Assembly (NCBI GenBank): GCA_030770535.1
Contig: JASVEC010000014.1
Span: 310,001 to 374,000, forward strand
Length of the DNA: 64,000 bases
Direction: 5' to 3'
Origin: Batkoa obscura
Taxonomy: Eukaryota
Below, one piece after another: positions 49,979 to 62,045 of the stretch (position 1 is its first letter; each line of letters starts with the position of its first letter). The translations under genes were made by a program, and so were the position numbers. The notes beneath the pieces were generated by a model. That model was given only the letters and a program-made list of their open reading frames with translations, ran no database searches and was not told the origin of the DNA.

Positions 49979-52900
49979 GTTGGGTAATTTTGTTAGCAGT
50001 AAGTAATATTATTTAAAACGGTTTTGGGAAAGCAAATAAGTTGTAGTAGCTCAAAAAATTCAAATTATAACAAGCGGGTGTAAGGTGGTGATTAAGAAAT
50101 GATTATAACTTAGAGTACATAATTTGTTGAATAAAAAACTGGGTTGGGTTGTTGGTTAACTAAAATATACACAAAGAGCTACTAGAGCAATTAAAAATTA
50201 TTCGAGGTAAGTAGGACGAGAGTTGAGATTGATAGAGCTCTACTACTTTATGGGTCTTATTAGCTTGATTAGCAGTGCACCTTAAGGTGAAGAACGTTTT
50301 AAATACAAATTATTAGAGTCAAAAAAAAGAAATCAAAATTTATCTGGAAAGTAAATTGAATGGATTTTAGTGGACTTTAAATACTTTTTTACCTAAGCAG
50401 TTGGAACTGGGGTCAAAATCTTATTTGGCAATAATGCACTTAAATTCACCCTATCCAATCATGATGACATTATAGTGTTGATTATTAATTATTGGATAAA
50501 TTAGGGTAACTAAAACTGGTCTTGAACTTGATCCAAATTAACGACCAATAAAATAGAATTATCTGGATAAAAGTAGTTTCATGTAATTTACAATTTTATC
50601 AAATTAACATCATCAAAATGATTTATTTACAAAAATAGCAATAGATGAGGAAATATTAAAATCTACGCTTGGCCTACAATGAGCGATTGTTATGAGAATA
50701 AGGTTATTAGACAAGAATTGGATAAATTTAATCAAATTAGTACATCCAATCAGTTGAGATCATTTCAAAAGAATATTGAGTGAAGATGACTAAGTTTAAC
50801 TAATTTTAAATAATTATTTATAATCTCAAATTAAAATATTACAAATAGGAATTTGTATATTAATAATTGGTTACAAAAATGATGGCAAATTAACGACGAT
50901 TTATTTGGTAGCTCATTTTCTCCCAAAACTATGAATTTAATTCGTTTAATAAGGATTATTTCTTATTTTCATTGGTTGAATTTATTGTTAGTTGATTAAT
51001 GAATGACTGTTTAAAATAAGTAGAAAGCATTAATGAGTATCTCATTAGTTACCTAGCTCAATGAAGGTTGTGGGGTAAATCTATTACATAAGATTACTAC
51101 GAATTAAAGAAATAGATTAAAGTAAAATGAAATAAACAATTTATTGTATGATATAGAATAACAGTAATTGTGAGGTTCACTAATAGAACACATACACCAT
51201 AAATCAAAAATACAAAAGGATTCAATCCTTAAACATTTTATTAAGCTTTATTAAAAAAGCCATTTTTTAATAAACAAAATAGAAATTAACTAAGACGATC
51301 TCATATGCGAATTGTTTTATGTAGCATAAGTTTGTTACACAAACATTGATTTATTATTAAAACATTTATAAATTAAAATTCTTTAAATCCATTAAAAGGA
51401 AGATTATTTGAATAAAGAACTTAAAAATCAACATAGAGTTAACTTTATAAAGCAGTCACACTCCATCTATTTATTTCATATTCAAAAATTTAACCAAAAG
51501 TGTAAGTTAATACATCTAAGTATTAGCTTTGTATTACAACTTTTGAGTAATAAAAAGGTTTTGATTATAACATATATAGTAAGAAATTTTAATTTAACAT
51601 ATACATCACCAAGTTAATATAATATTATAGAATGAACTAACTTTTTAATAAGAATGATAACAATTGTATTAATTAACCTTCGGAAAATTGATTGTTAATA
51701 ATATATATTATATTGTATCCTCAGCATTCGTTGAATAATTGTATGACTTTATTATATCATATAGAGATAATAATTTGTTTGAATTTCTAACTTTAAGCTG
51801 ATATGATCTATTCAACTATGTCATTCTAATAGCCCAATTAATACATGGAGTAATAGAATGTTAAAGTCGAGTCATACTTTTTAACTAAGCTGTGAAATAA
51901 CTTAAAGAATAATTTAATGGTGCGAGATATTGTTTATTTACTTATTTTAAATAATAAAGCTTGAAAGTTAACTTATGATAATTCCGGTTTTTTAATACTG
52001 TTTTACAATGATCAAGTTTAGACTGAAATGTGGAGATAGTCATAGAGAGTTAAAGTCTTAATTTGATTGTTGTTAGGTTTAACTCATCGTTATAGGATCT
52101 TTAATTTAGTATAACTTTTGTTTAGTAATTAATAGTTAATGATAAACATATTAAAATAAGTGTTTTATTTTTTTAAATCTACACGAATACTAAATAATAA
52201 ACCCCATAATCCCATATAATATTTATAACTTAAAGAATATAAATAATCATTCATTCAAGTACAATGAAACTTTATAACCTGATTAAGAAGCAACAATCAT
52301 ACGATACAAAGTATGATATATCTTGAAAGTCATTGTGTTTACTTTTAATAGATTATAACAAAAAAATATGATCTACCCAAATTAATTCCTGTTAATCAAA
52401 TTTTATTAAGTTCTTTTTTACTAATTTCTTTTTATTCTAGATCTTCAATTCATTTAAAATACTTTAAATCCTCAATTATATACATTTCTGTATTTTATTT
52501 TCTTAACTTCAACTATTTCTCAACCCTCTTGTCACTTGTTATAAATAATGATACTTCCGCTTTACAACTAAATTATTTTATTTTCGCTTGGATAAAATGA
52601 CACCAAAATATTTTAAAAATAGAAACCGCATTTGAGTTACTACTTTTTATTATTATGTTTAACCGGACATGAATACTTCCGAAGTAGAAATTACAAGTCA
52701 CTTTTATTTGTTTGAACTATCCTTCATGTTTTATAACCGTTTGATATGAGCTTTCTCAACTGCTACATTTTTTTCTTTTTTAGGATAATTAAGTTTTGTT
52801 CTAGTTTATTTTTTAAGGTTGAATTGTTGACTATTTTTAAAATAAAATTGACTGTTAGAAATTGTTATATTTAAAAGTTTATTAAAATTTACAATTCTTT

Positions 52901-53511
52901 TGTGATAAATTTGAATTGATCTACTACTTCCAAACCTTTCTTCTACAGAATATTGGACCTGGACTTAATCAAATACGGTAGATTCTCCCCTTATTGATCT
53001 TCAAAGCCCATCCTCTTATTTTAATAAATGCTGTTTCTTTTGTTAAACGTGAGAATTTTAATCAAAACTCAAGCCTATAAGCTAGACTCATTTAAATTAC
53101 CAATTTATTGCAGAAAATAAAAATCTATTTTTAAACTAATCAACGTCATGTTAAACGAGAGAACCTTCTTTTCGAAAACATATATCATTTTTTGTGAGAA
53201 AGTAAATTTAAAAAAATAAAATCTTTGTTAAAGTATTATGAATATAATAAATTACTGACTTTATTGTAATCCAAAACAACATTTAAAACTAATAGCTTAA
53301 ATAAATAGTATTGAATTAAAATACTCAAAGTATTAAATAAATATTAATCTATTTGATTAAATAAACACTTAAGCTAGATACTATGCATTACTTAGTCTAA
53401 ACGCTTGGATTATAATATTACCTACTAAAACCCTTATAAAAGATATTATTAACATAACTTCTATTTAAACTAACATAAATTCAGATATAACCAAAAATAA
53501 ATTAAAAACTT

Positions 53512-54506
53512 TTAATAAGTAGTAATTTTAAATGGATACTCAATCAAACCGCCTTTAAGTCTCCATAAGATCCTCTTCTTTTTACTTGATACATGCTCTA
53601 CCCAAACCTGCTCTGCATTTTCTTCTTTAAATTTACGTACAAATGCTGGGTCCCTAAAAATTAATAACTTCTATTAATATTCTAGTATACTTAAATATAT
53701 TAAATCATAAGGTTCAATCTATGACTTGTTCTCAAACCAAATTTAAAAAAACACTCACCATAATTCAGAAGCAATTCCTATATCCTTACAGCATCTAGTT
53801 AAAGCGTTAGATTTAGCACCTTCACCAGCCATACTTAATTCATCTTTATCAAAATAAGCTTGTTCCCCACGAGCTTGAGATACAAATCGACCTAAACAAA
53901 TCAAAGCATATTCTCTGGATATATTTTTGCTAGATACTGTGGATGGCCCTCTAGGTACCAAACCCCAACCTATAGGATGAGTTAGTAATGATGCTTACTT
54001 AAAAATGTTAAAATAGACTTGCCTCCAGGTCCAAAAGCTCTATTTAAGATTCGACGATATTTTATCTCTGGGAGGTATAGGAGACCGTCTTGATAATCGA
54101 AATAAAAAATAAACAATTTTGGTTAGGATTTTGAAATTTAAAGCTATTTTTAAATAGAGTTACCTGGTTTAATCTCAATATCTTTAGTATCAATAGGACT
54201 TAAAAGTATATCACTGATTTCTTTATCAAACGGTTTAGAGCCTACCCCCTCAAATGAATTATTCCATCCACTCTCAGAAGAAAAACTCTTGCTATTGGGA
54301 AACGCAATTACTGAAATTCGTGATTTAACATTGAATTCAAAATTAATTTATAACTATTTACCTTCAGGTTCTATTGAGGTGGTATCATCATTATTTTTAT
54401 AACTGAGCCTTAAATTGGTCGTTAAACTTCTAGTTGTATTTTGTAAACTCTTTTGTACAAGTGGTTGAAATTGTACTCGTTTTAATAGATTCAATTTTCT
54501 CAACAT
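53512..54506 (-). CDS. MGM101: Mitochondrial genome maintenance protein Mgm101, 5 exons
   Basis: [44 protein letters not shown] and [23 protein letters not shown]. Confidence 0.95.
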
Positions 54507-55335
54507 TCTAAAGCCAAAAATGAATTCTATTTTTTTGATGAGTTAACTTTTGTGCAAAGAAAAAATTGCAAGTCTAAATTAAGTATATTAAAAGTAATGA
54601 AGAAGCTTTTAAATGTGAGTAAATTTAAAAATAAAATCTTATAAAATGATTTAGGCTGGACTTTGCAAAATTTATTTAAAAAATATTATTTTATTTCATA
54701 ATTTTGTTCACTATCTAGCATAAACTTTGAAAAAAAATTATTCGTTAAATACTAAAAATATTACATTATGGATGTACCTCAAATTCAGCAAAAAGTGACT
54801 ATTTTTATTATTTATATCTAAGGTAGTAGTTTTCATAGAATATCAAAATCGGAAGAAAATTAAACCTTAGATTTAAGTAAACTCATATAACAAAAGTAAT
54901 AATAAATTTGAAGTTTTAATTTATTTTAGTAGCAATAATAAATACAGGAGTATACATATTCTAGAATTATAACTAGAGTTCATCAATACAACTAAATAAC
55001 TGTATTAACACTGACTAATAATTAAAAACAAGGGAATTTCAAATGAGTAAAAATACCAAAAAATGACGAAAATTAGCTCTGAAATAACTTCATAAAAACA
55101 CGAAATTTCATCATTAATTCTAATCAAATTGAATGAGCATTTACTCTTGCTGATCAAAGTATATAATAACATTGAAATCTTGCAATTAATTTTCTCCCAA
55201 TTACGTATCAACATCTTTTAAGCCGACTCTGAGTGTAAAAATAGAAGGATAAGAGAATAGTATAAATAGTATATGAAAAGAAGAATAACATCAAACTTTT
55301 TATTCATTAAAATTATATTATAGTTCTAAAAATAA

Positions 55336-56731
55336 ATGGGTATCTTTAACTATCAAAGAGTAATTTATCGTGGTTTAGCCACTCATGTCAATCAAAGTTT
55401 AAAACAATCTAGTTATAAAATATTAGTTATAGGTGGTGGTACAGCTGGTATTTCAGGTAAGAAAAATCATAATAAACCCAAATAATTCCTAATAACTTTA
55501 CTATTAGTAACTTCCAAATTAAATAAACATTTTGGTAATGGGGAAATTGGTGTCATTGAACCCAATAATCAACATTATTATCAGCCATTATGGACTTTAG
55601 TAGGAGCAGGTATTAAAAATATCAAAGATAGTTACCAACCATTTAAAGAAGTCATACCAAAAGGAGTGGAATGGATTCAAAATTACGTTGAAAAAATTGA
55701 TGCTGAAAATAATAAAGTGACATTAAAAGATGGTAATGTACTGAGTTATAATTATTTAATTATTGCCCCAGGTATTGAATTGAAATGGGATAAAGTTAAA
55801 GGTTTAAAAGAAGCATTAAATAAGGATTGGGTTTGTTCAAATTATTCATTTGAAACAGTAGGTAAAACTCATGAACAATTGGAAAAATTAAATGAAGGAA
55901 ATGCCGTGTTTACAATGCCTTCAACGCCTATTAAAGTAAGCAAATTTATTTATTAGTTTAAGCTTGATATTAACTTTCAAATTTTAGTGTGCTGGAGCAC
56001 CACAAAAAATAGCTTATTTAGCAGATAGTTATTTAAGAGAAAAAAATATACGTGATAAAGTGAATTTGTCTTATCATACAGGAATTGGGAAAATCTTTGC
56101 TATTGAGAAATATGCTAATTCCTTATTAAAAGTTAATCAAGAGAAACAAATAGCATTAAATTATAATCAAGATTTGATTGAAGTTAAAGAAAAAGAATTA
56201 GTATTTAAAAATTTAGCTACTAATGAAATTATCAATAAAGAGTATAATTTTGCTCATATTACACCACCTATGGGTCCTTATGCTTTTTTAAAAGATAATG
56301 AAGTTACAAACGAAGCTGGCTACGTAGATGTAGATCAATATACTTTGATTCATAATAAATATAAGAATATATTATCCTTAGGAGATGCATCTAGTTTACC
56401 AACAAGTAAAACGGCGGCTGCAATTACTACTCAGTCCTATGTATTAAGTAACAACTTATTAAAATTAATTTCTGATAAAAAAGATTATTTAACTTATGAT
56501 GGATATACTTCATGTCCGTTATTTATTGGGGATAATAAATTAATCTTAGCGGAATTTTCGGGTTATTCTGGCCAACCTCAAGAAACTTTACCTTTTGATC
56601 AAGCTCAACCATCAAAACTGAGTTATTATTTAACAAAAGATATCTTACCCGCTATTTATTGGAATGGTTTACTTAAAGGAAATTGGGATGGTCCTCAAAA
56701 TGTTAGAAAAACATTAAATTTATTTAGTTAA
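55336..56731 (+). CDS. SQOR: Mitochondrial sulfide:quinone oxidoreductase (SQOR/Hmt2), 3 exons
   Basis: VIGGGTAGIS, HYYQPLWTLVGAG, PIK|CAGAPQK, SKTAAAI, YDGYTSCPL, LAEF. Confidence 0.94.
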
Positions 56732-56803
56732 TATTCTTGAAAGTTGATTATAATAAATAACATATTAAATTAATAAATAAAACAAATAAGTAAATAAAAA
56801 TAG

Positions 56804-57207
56804 TTATATAATTTTATTTAATATAGTATGAAACTTAAAATATACTAACATTCTTGCTGCTTCCAATCGCTTTTTTTCATCCTCTATTATCTCTTTTTGT
56901 TTTTTTTTAAAGTCGAGTTCTCGCATCTTATCTTCACTTTCTTTTCGCTTATTTAAGGCACGTCGATTTTGAAACCTGAATATACAATAGTATAAATATA
57001 TCAAATAAACATTCAATAAATAACATAACAATAATAACAATAATAATAAAGTTACCAAATACGTACGGATTTTAAATTGATATTTAATCTTTGACTTAAT
57101 GCTTTTAAATGTAAATAACTGGGATGAGTATTTTTATTATATTCATTTAGTAATAAAATTAATTTATCATGTTCAATTTTAATACGTGGATGCAATTTGA
57201 CTTTCAT
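56804..57207 (-). CDS. Small (107-aa) homeodomain protein, 2 exons
   Basis: HPS...LSQRLNINLKSVRIW|FQNRR; intron 56976-57055 splits the Trp codon. Confidence 0.85.
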
Positions 57208-57467
57208 TATCACTTTATTTACTAGTTTTTTAAACTCAATTAATAATTTCTTGGCAGTTTATATACCCCTCTTTCTCCTGATATTGAAACATTCAATTGA
57301 TAAAAGTTTATCTTATTGTTAATTTATTTTTATTTTATCATAAAGTTTAATTAAATATTCAATAAAATAAAGTTAAATTAATTTGTAAAAGACTGATTTT
57401 GTCAATTAAGAATTGATATAATTTAATATAATTTAATATAATTTAACATAATTCATCAATAAAAAAT

Positions 57468-57565
57468 GGGGGTGTTTTTTTGACTTCATTATTTTTTCCA
57501 TTTTCTTAGTGCTATTTAAGTGGAAAATTTGTTAGTAAAATTCTTAAACGCAAAAATACATTCCC
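57468..57565 (-). mobile_element. ~95-bp MITE, copy 12
   Basis: AAAT/AAAT flanks. Confidence 0.88.
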
Positions 57566-58393
57566 AAATAATATCAATATTATCATTGTTTGATAACTTA
57601 TTGCTATTGTTAAATGATCAGACTTATTATTGATAAATTAATAAAATTAAGATAATTTGAACTTGAATTTTATATGAATTTTAATTAAGTTTATTTTATT
57701 TTATTTAAAATGAAGTTAAGTTAAATTAACGGTATAAGTTAAAAACTATAAATATAATTACAACTATTATTAAATAATGAGGTGATAATCTTTCTTTACA
57801 CAATATATATATACTATACTTTACTCTACTCGTACAAATACATTCACAGTCAACTTTCTATTAAAAAAATCATTGTACTGCTAATCTTTAAATATTAATT
57901 ACATTAATTATATTACATATACTTTTATTTATTATTTGGAATCTAGATTTGAGCACTAAGATTTAGTATCTTTTACTAATATACACATTTATTAATTAAA
58001 TTAATCAAATTAACAAATTAAGTTATTTACTTAATATATTATAATAATGTTATTTTAATGATTTATTTTGATAGTTGTTATTTATTATTTTATTGTCTAT
58101 TATTTATTATTTATAATATCAAATAACATAGTACATAAATCAAATTACGTTATAAACTATCTCAAGTATGCCATTTCAATATAAAGTTTAAAAATATTTT
58201 ATATTACTATTAATAATATTTTTGATTAATAGAAATACACATTTATTTTGACTGATGTTACAAATTTAGTAAATTATATATCATGTAATTTAATAAGATT
58301 ATAATATTAATTAGAAGTATTTCAAAGCATCATAATGTTACTTAAGTGATTTATATAAGGTTATAATGTTATAGAATAGTAATGTTATTATAT

Positions 58394-58492
58394 GGGAGTG
58401 TTTATTTTGACTTCATTACTTTTTCCGTTTTTTAAGCACTATTTAAGTGGAAAAATTGTTAGTAAAATTCTTAAACACAAAAATACATCCCC
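58394..58492 (-). mobile_element. ~95-bp MITE, copy 13
   Basis: ATAT/ATAT flanks; near-consensus. Confidence 0.9.
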
Positions 58493-59311
58493 ATATAATT
58501 CTACTTTTTACAATAATAAAATTCTTTTTATCCCAACCATAACTATTGCCAAGTTTTTAATAGTTCAATAATTTAATAATCTCAAATGTACAAAAATTTG
58601 ATTCTACTAAATATACATTCAAACGCCTTTTTAGAAAACTCTATTTACGAATAATAGTTATATTAAAGTTTTACCAGAAGTTAACTCAATTTTTTATTAT
58701 TTTATAACTCAAATTAATTACTTTTGAATTTCTATTGTGATTGATTTGTAATAATTTTTAGAGCTAACTACTATTTATTTAGTTTTTTTTAAGCGGAATT
58801 TGTTAATTTCAGCTTGATTTTAGCAAAATATTATTTTTAAATCAACAGTAAATTAAGTCGTAATATATCTGTAACAGGTGTAGTTAATTTTAATTTTAAT
58901 TTTAATCACCTGATAAAAAATAACATTACATTGAGAATCCATTATGACTCATTAATAAAAAATGGCAAAGTTGATACTTTAAAAAATAAGGGTAAAGATA
59001 AGGGTAAAGTGTTAATAATTAAGGGTGTATTAACAACGGTAAGTGTAAGGATATTATTTGTATTATATATATTATGGACACTGATTAAAACCTCTATAAA
59101 AACATCAAAAATTAAAACGTATATCAATTCAATCACTTGCTGTATTATTTCATAACAAATGAAATCATAACTCAATTTTAAATTTTTTTCGAACCTAACG
59201 ATGAATTACCAAATTAAGTCATCATCCACCATTATTACGTTAAAAGTATAAAAGGTAAGTAAAATCATTTAACATAGAAACTTTTTTCAAAAAATTAGAA
59301 CATTGACTAAA

Positions 59312-61756
59312 ATGTGTCGAAAAGACCCTAACAGTTTCACCAATATTACTGAAGTGATTACCAAACACTTAAATATAGTTGCCCATGTGGATTTTATTTC
59401 TCAATCTTTAAGAGGGCATGTCATTTTGTCTATGGAAGCTAAAGTTGATACTTTAGATAAGGTTCTATTAGATACTGACTATTTAAATATTAATTCAGTT
59501 GCTATTATTGATGGTGATCAAGAAAGAAAATTAGATGTATGTTTTTGATTTTAGTTTATTTTTATATCATTGGTGTTAATTTATTTAAAAATAGTTCAGT
59601 TTACTTGCAAGAGATCCTAATTTAGGTTCTGCCTTGGAAATTAATTTAGAAGGTAGTGTTCAAGGTTTAAAAGAATTTCAACTTAAAGTAGAATATGAAA
59701 CGACAAAAGAAGCTGGTGCTATTCAATGGTTAGAACCAAGGTAAAAAAGAAAAATAATAGATATATTATTTTTATTTAATTTGATTTTAATTTTTAATAG
59801 TCAAACAGTTGGTAAAAAATTCCCTTACTTGTTTTCTCAATGTCAAGTAATTTTTAATTATATTATATTCTTAATTTTTACTAATCAAATTTATTTAGTC
59901 TGTAAGTAGTTTTTCAATTCATAATATCATTTTATATTGATCCAATTAGATTTATGCTCGTAGTATGGTGCCTTGTCAAGATACTCCAGCAGTTAAAATT
60001 ACTTATAGTGCTAGTATAACTGTACCTTCTAATTTGACTGCTCTTATGAGTGCCCTTAGTACAGGAGATGAACTATCCAATGATGAAAGTTTAAAAACCT
60101 ATAAATTCGAACAAAGAAATTCGATTCCATCTTATTTAATAGCCATTGTAGTAGGTAACCTAGCTAGTAAAGAAATAAGTTCAAGATCAGCAGTATGGAG
60201 TGAACCAGAGATGGTCGATGCAGCAGCTTATGAATTTTCGGATACAGAAACCTTTTTAAAAACAGCAGAAGAATTAACTTGTGCATATGAATGGGGAAGA
60301 TATGATTTATTAATATTACCACCCTCTTTTCCTTATGGTGGTATGGAAAATCCCAATTTAACTTTTGTTACACCCACTTTGTTAGCAGGTGATAAATCGG
60401 CTGTGGATGTGATTGCTCATGAATTATCGCATTCTTGGACTGGTAATTTGGTCACTAATTATAATTGGGAACATTTTTGGTTAAATGAAGGTTGGACAAT
60501 GTTTTTGGAAAGAAAAATTATGGGACGAATTCATGGAGAACCTATGCGTCAATTTAGTGCTATTATTGGCTGGAAAGCTCTTGAACAAAGTATTGAGTTC
60601 TTTGGTAAAGAGAATCCATTGACAGCTTTATGTCCTAACTTAGAAAATGTTAACCCAGATGATGCTTTTTCAAGTGTACCTTATGGTAATTTTTTATTTT
60701 TATTAATTACAATGAAAATATTAATACTAATAATTATTTATTATAATAGAAAAAGGCTTTAACTTTTTATATTATCTTGAACAATTATTAGGGGGACCAG
60801 AAGTATTTGAACCTTATATGAAGGCACATATTGTTAACTTTTCACATCAATCTATTACCACAAAAGATTGGAAAAGTTACTTATATGAATATATGCAAAA
60901 AAATCATGGGGATGAAAAAATTAAATTATTAGACCAAGTGGATTGGAATACTTGGTTACACTCCCCTGGAATGGTAATTCAATAATAATAATAAATAATA
61001 AATAATAATAAATAATAATAATAATAATTCTATTGTAGCCTCCAGTAAGTTGTGATTTTGATACCACTTTAAGTCAACCTTGTGATGAATTAGCTAAAAG
61101 GTAAATTTAAACTATTAAATTGTTAAATTAAATCGAATATTAACATTAATATTTAGATGGGATGCCTCCCGTGATAAATCGTCATTTGAAGAATTTCAAC
61201 CCAGTGATTTCCAAGATCTTAATACTAATCAACAAGGTAAGTTTATTATTTGTTATTTATTAAATATTTAAATAAACAATTAACTTAATTTAATTAGTTG
61301 TATTCCTTGAACGCTTTTCCGAGTATCCAGCCTTATCTGTAAATGTGATAAAAAATCTAGAAGAAATTTATTCAATTACTTCCAATCCAAATTGTGAAGT
61401 TAAACTTCGATGGCAGTTATTATGCTTAAGAGCCAATTATGAATCTATTTTCCCAGCTGTTGTAAAATTCATTACTGAACAAGGTAGAATGAAATACGTT
61501 CGTCCACTTTATCAGTAAGTATCTTTTTTAATATAAAAGTTAACTATTACTAATGATGTGCTTTATTTTAGTGCTTTAAATCAAACAGAAAATGGATCTA
61601 CATTAGCAAAGAAAACATTTTTAGCTAATAAAAATATCTATCATCCAATTGCAGCTAAATTAATTGTAAGCATAACTAATATAATTATATATCTTATAAT
61701 TTTAATATTAATTTTTATTTTTAATTTAGGAAAAGGATTTATTCGGTAGAAGTTAA
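59312..61756 (+). CDS. LTA4H: Leukotriene A4 hydrolase / leucine aminopeptidase 2 (M1 peptidase), multi-exon
   Basis: [39 protein letters not shown]...LNEG, VPYEKG and [11 protein letters not shown]. Confidence 0.95.
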
Positions 61757-62045
61757 AAATCAAGTTCAACTGCTTTATAATTGTTTATTAAATATAAATA
61801 AAAACTCAATACAATTTTTTTAACAACTAATTCGATTTATTTTTTACAAATAAAAATCAATACTTTAAAACAAGAGGTTGGAATGAAATTCTTATAATAA
61901 TATAATCGAACATTAAGGTTTTAAAAAAGAGCGGGTTTGTTGTAGACATAATAAATTAAGATTTTTAAAAATAAACAAAAAACTTGACTTGAAAATTTAA
62001 TAATAATAATTGTTAATATTATATCATCAAACAATATAATTTCAC

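Noticed and set aside
58876..58912. CAGGTG...CACCTG hairpin around (TTTTAA)n
   Set aside because: Stem of only about 6 bp, single copy; compatible with chance
59201..59298. Upstream exon of LTA4H as an N-terminal targeting extension
   Set aside because: The frame joining through intron 59255-59298 has TAA stops; more likely a 5'UTR intron, with at most a 16-codon uORF (59201-59251)
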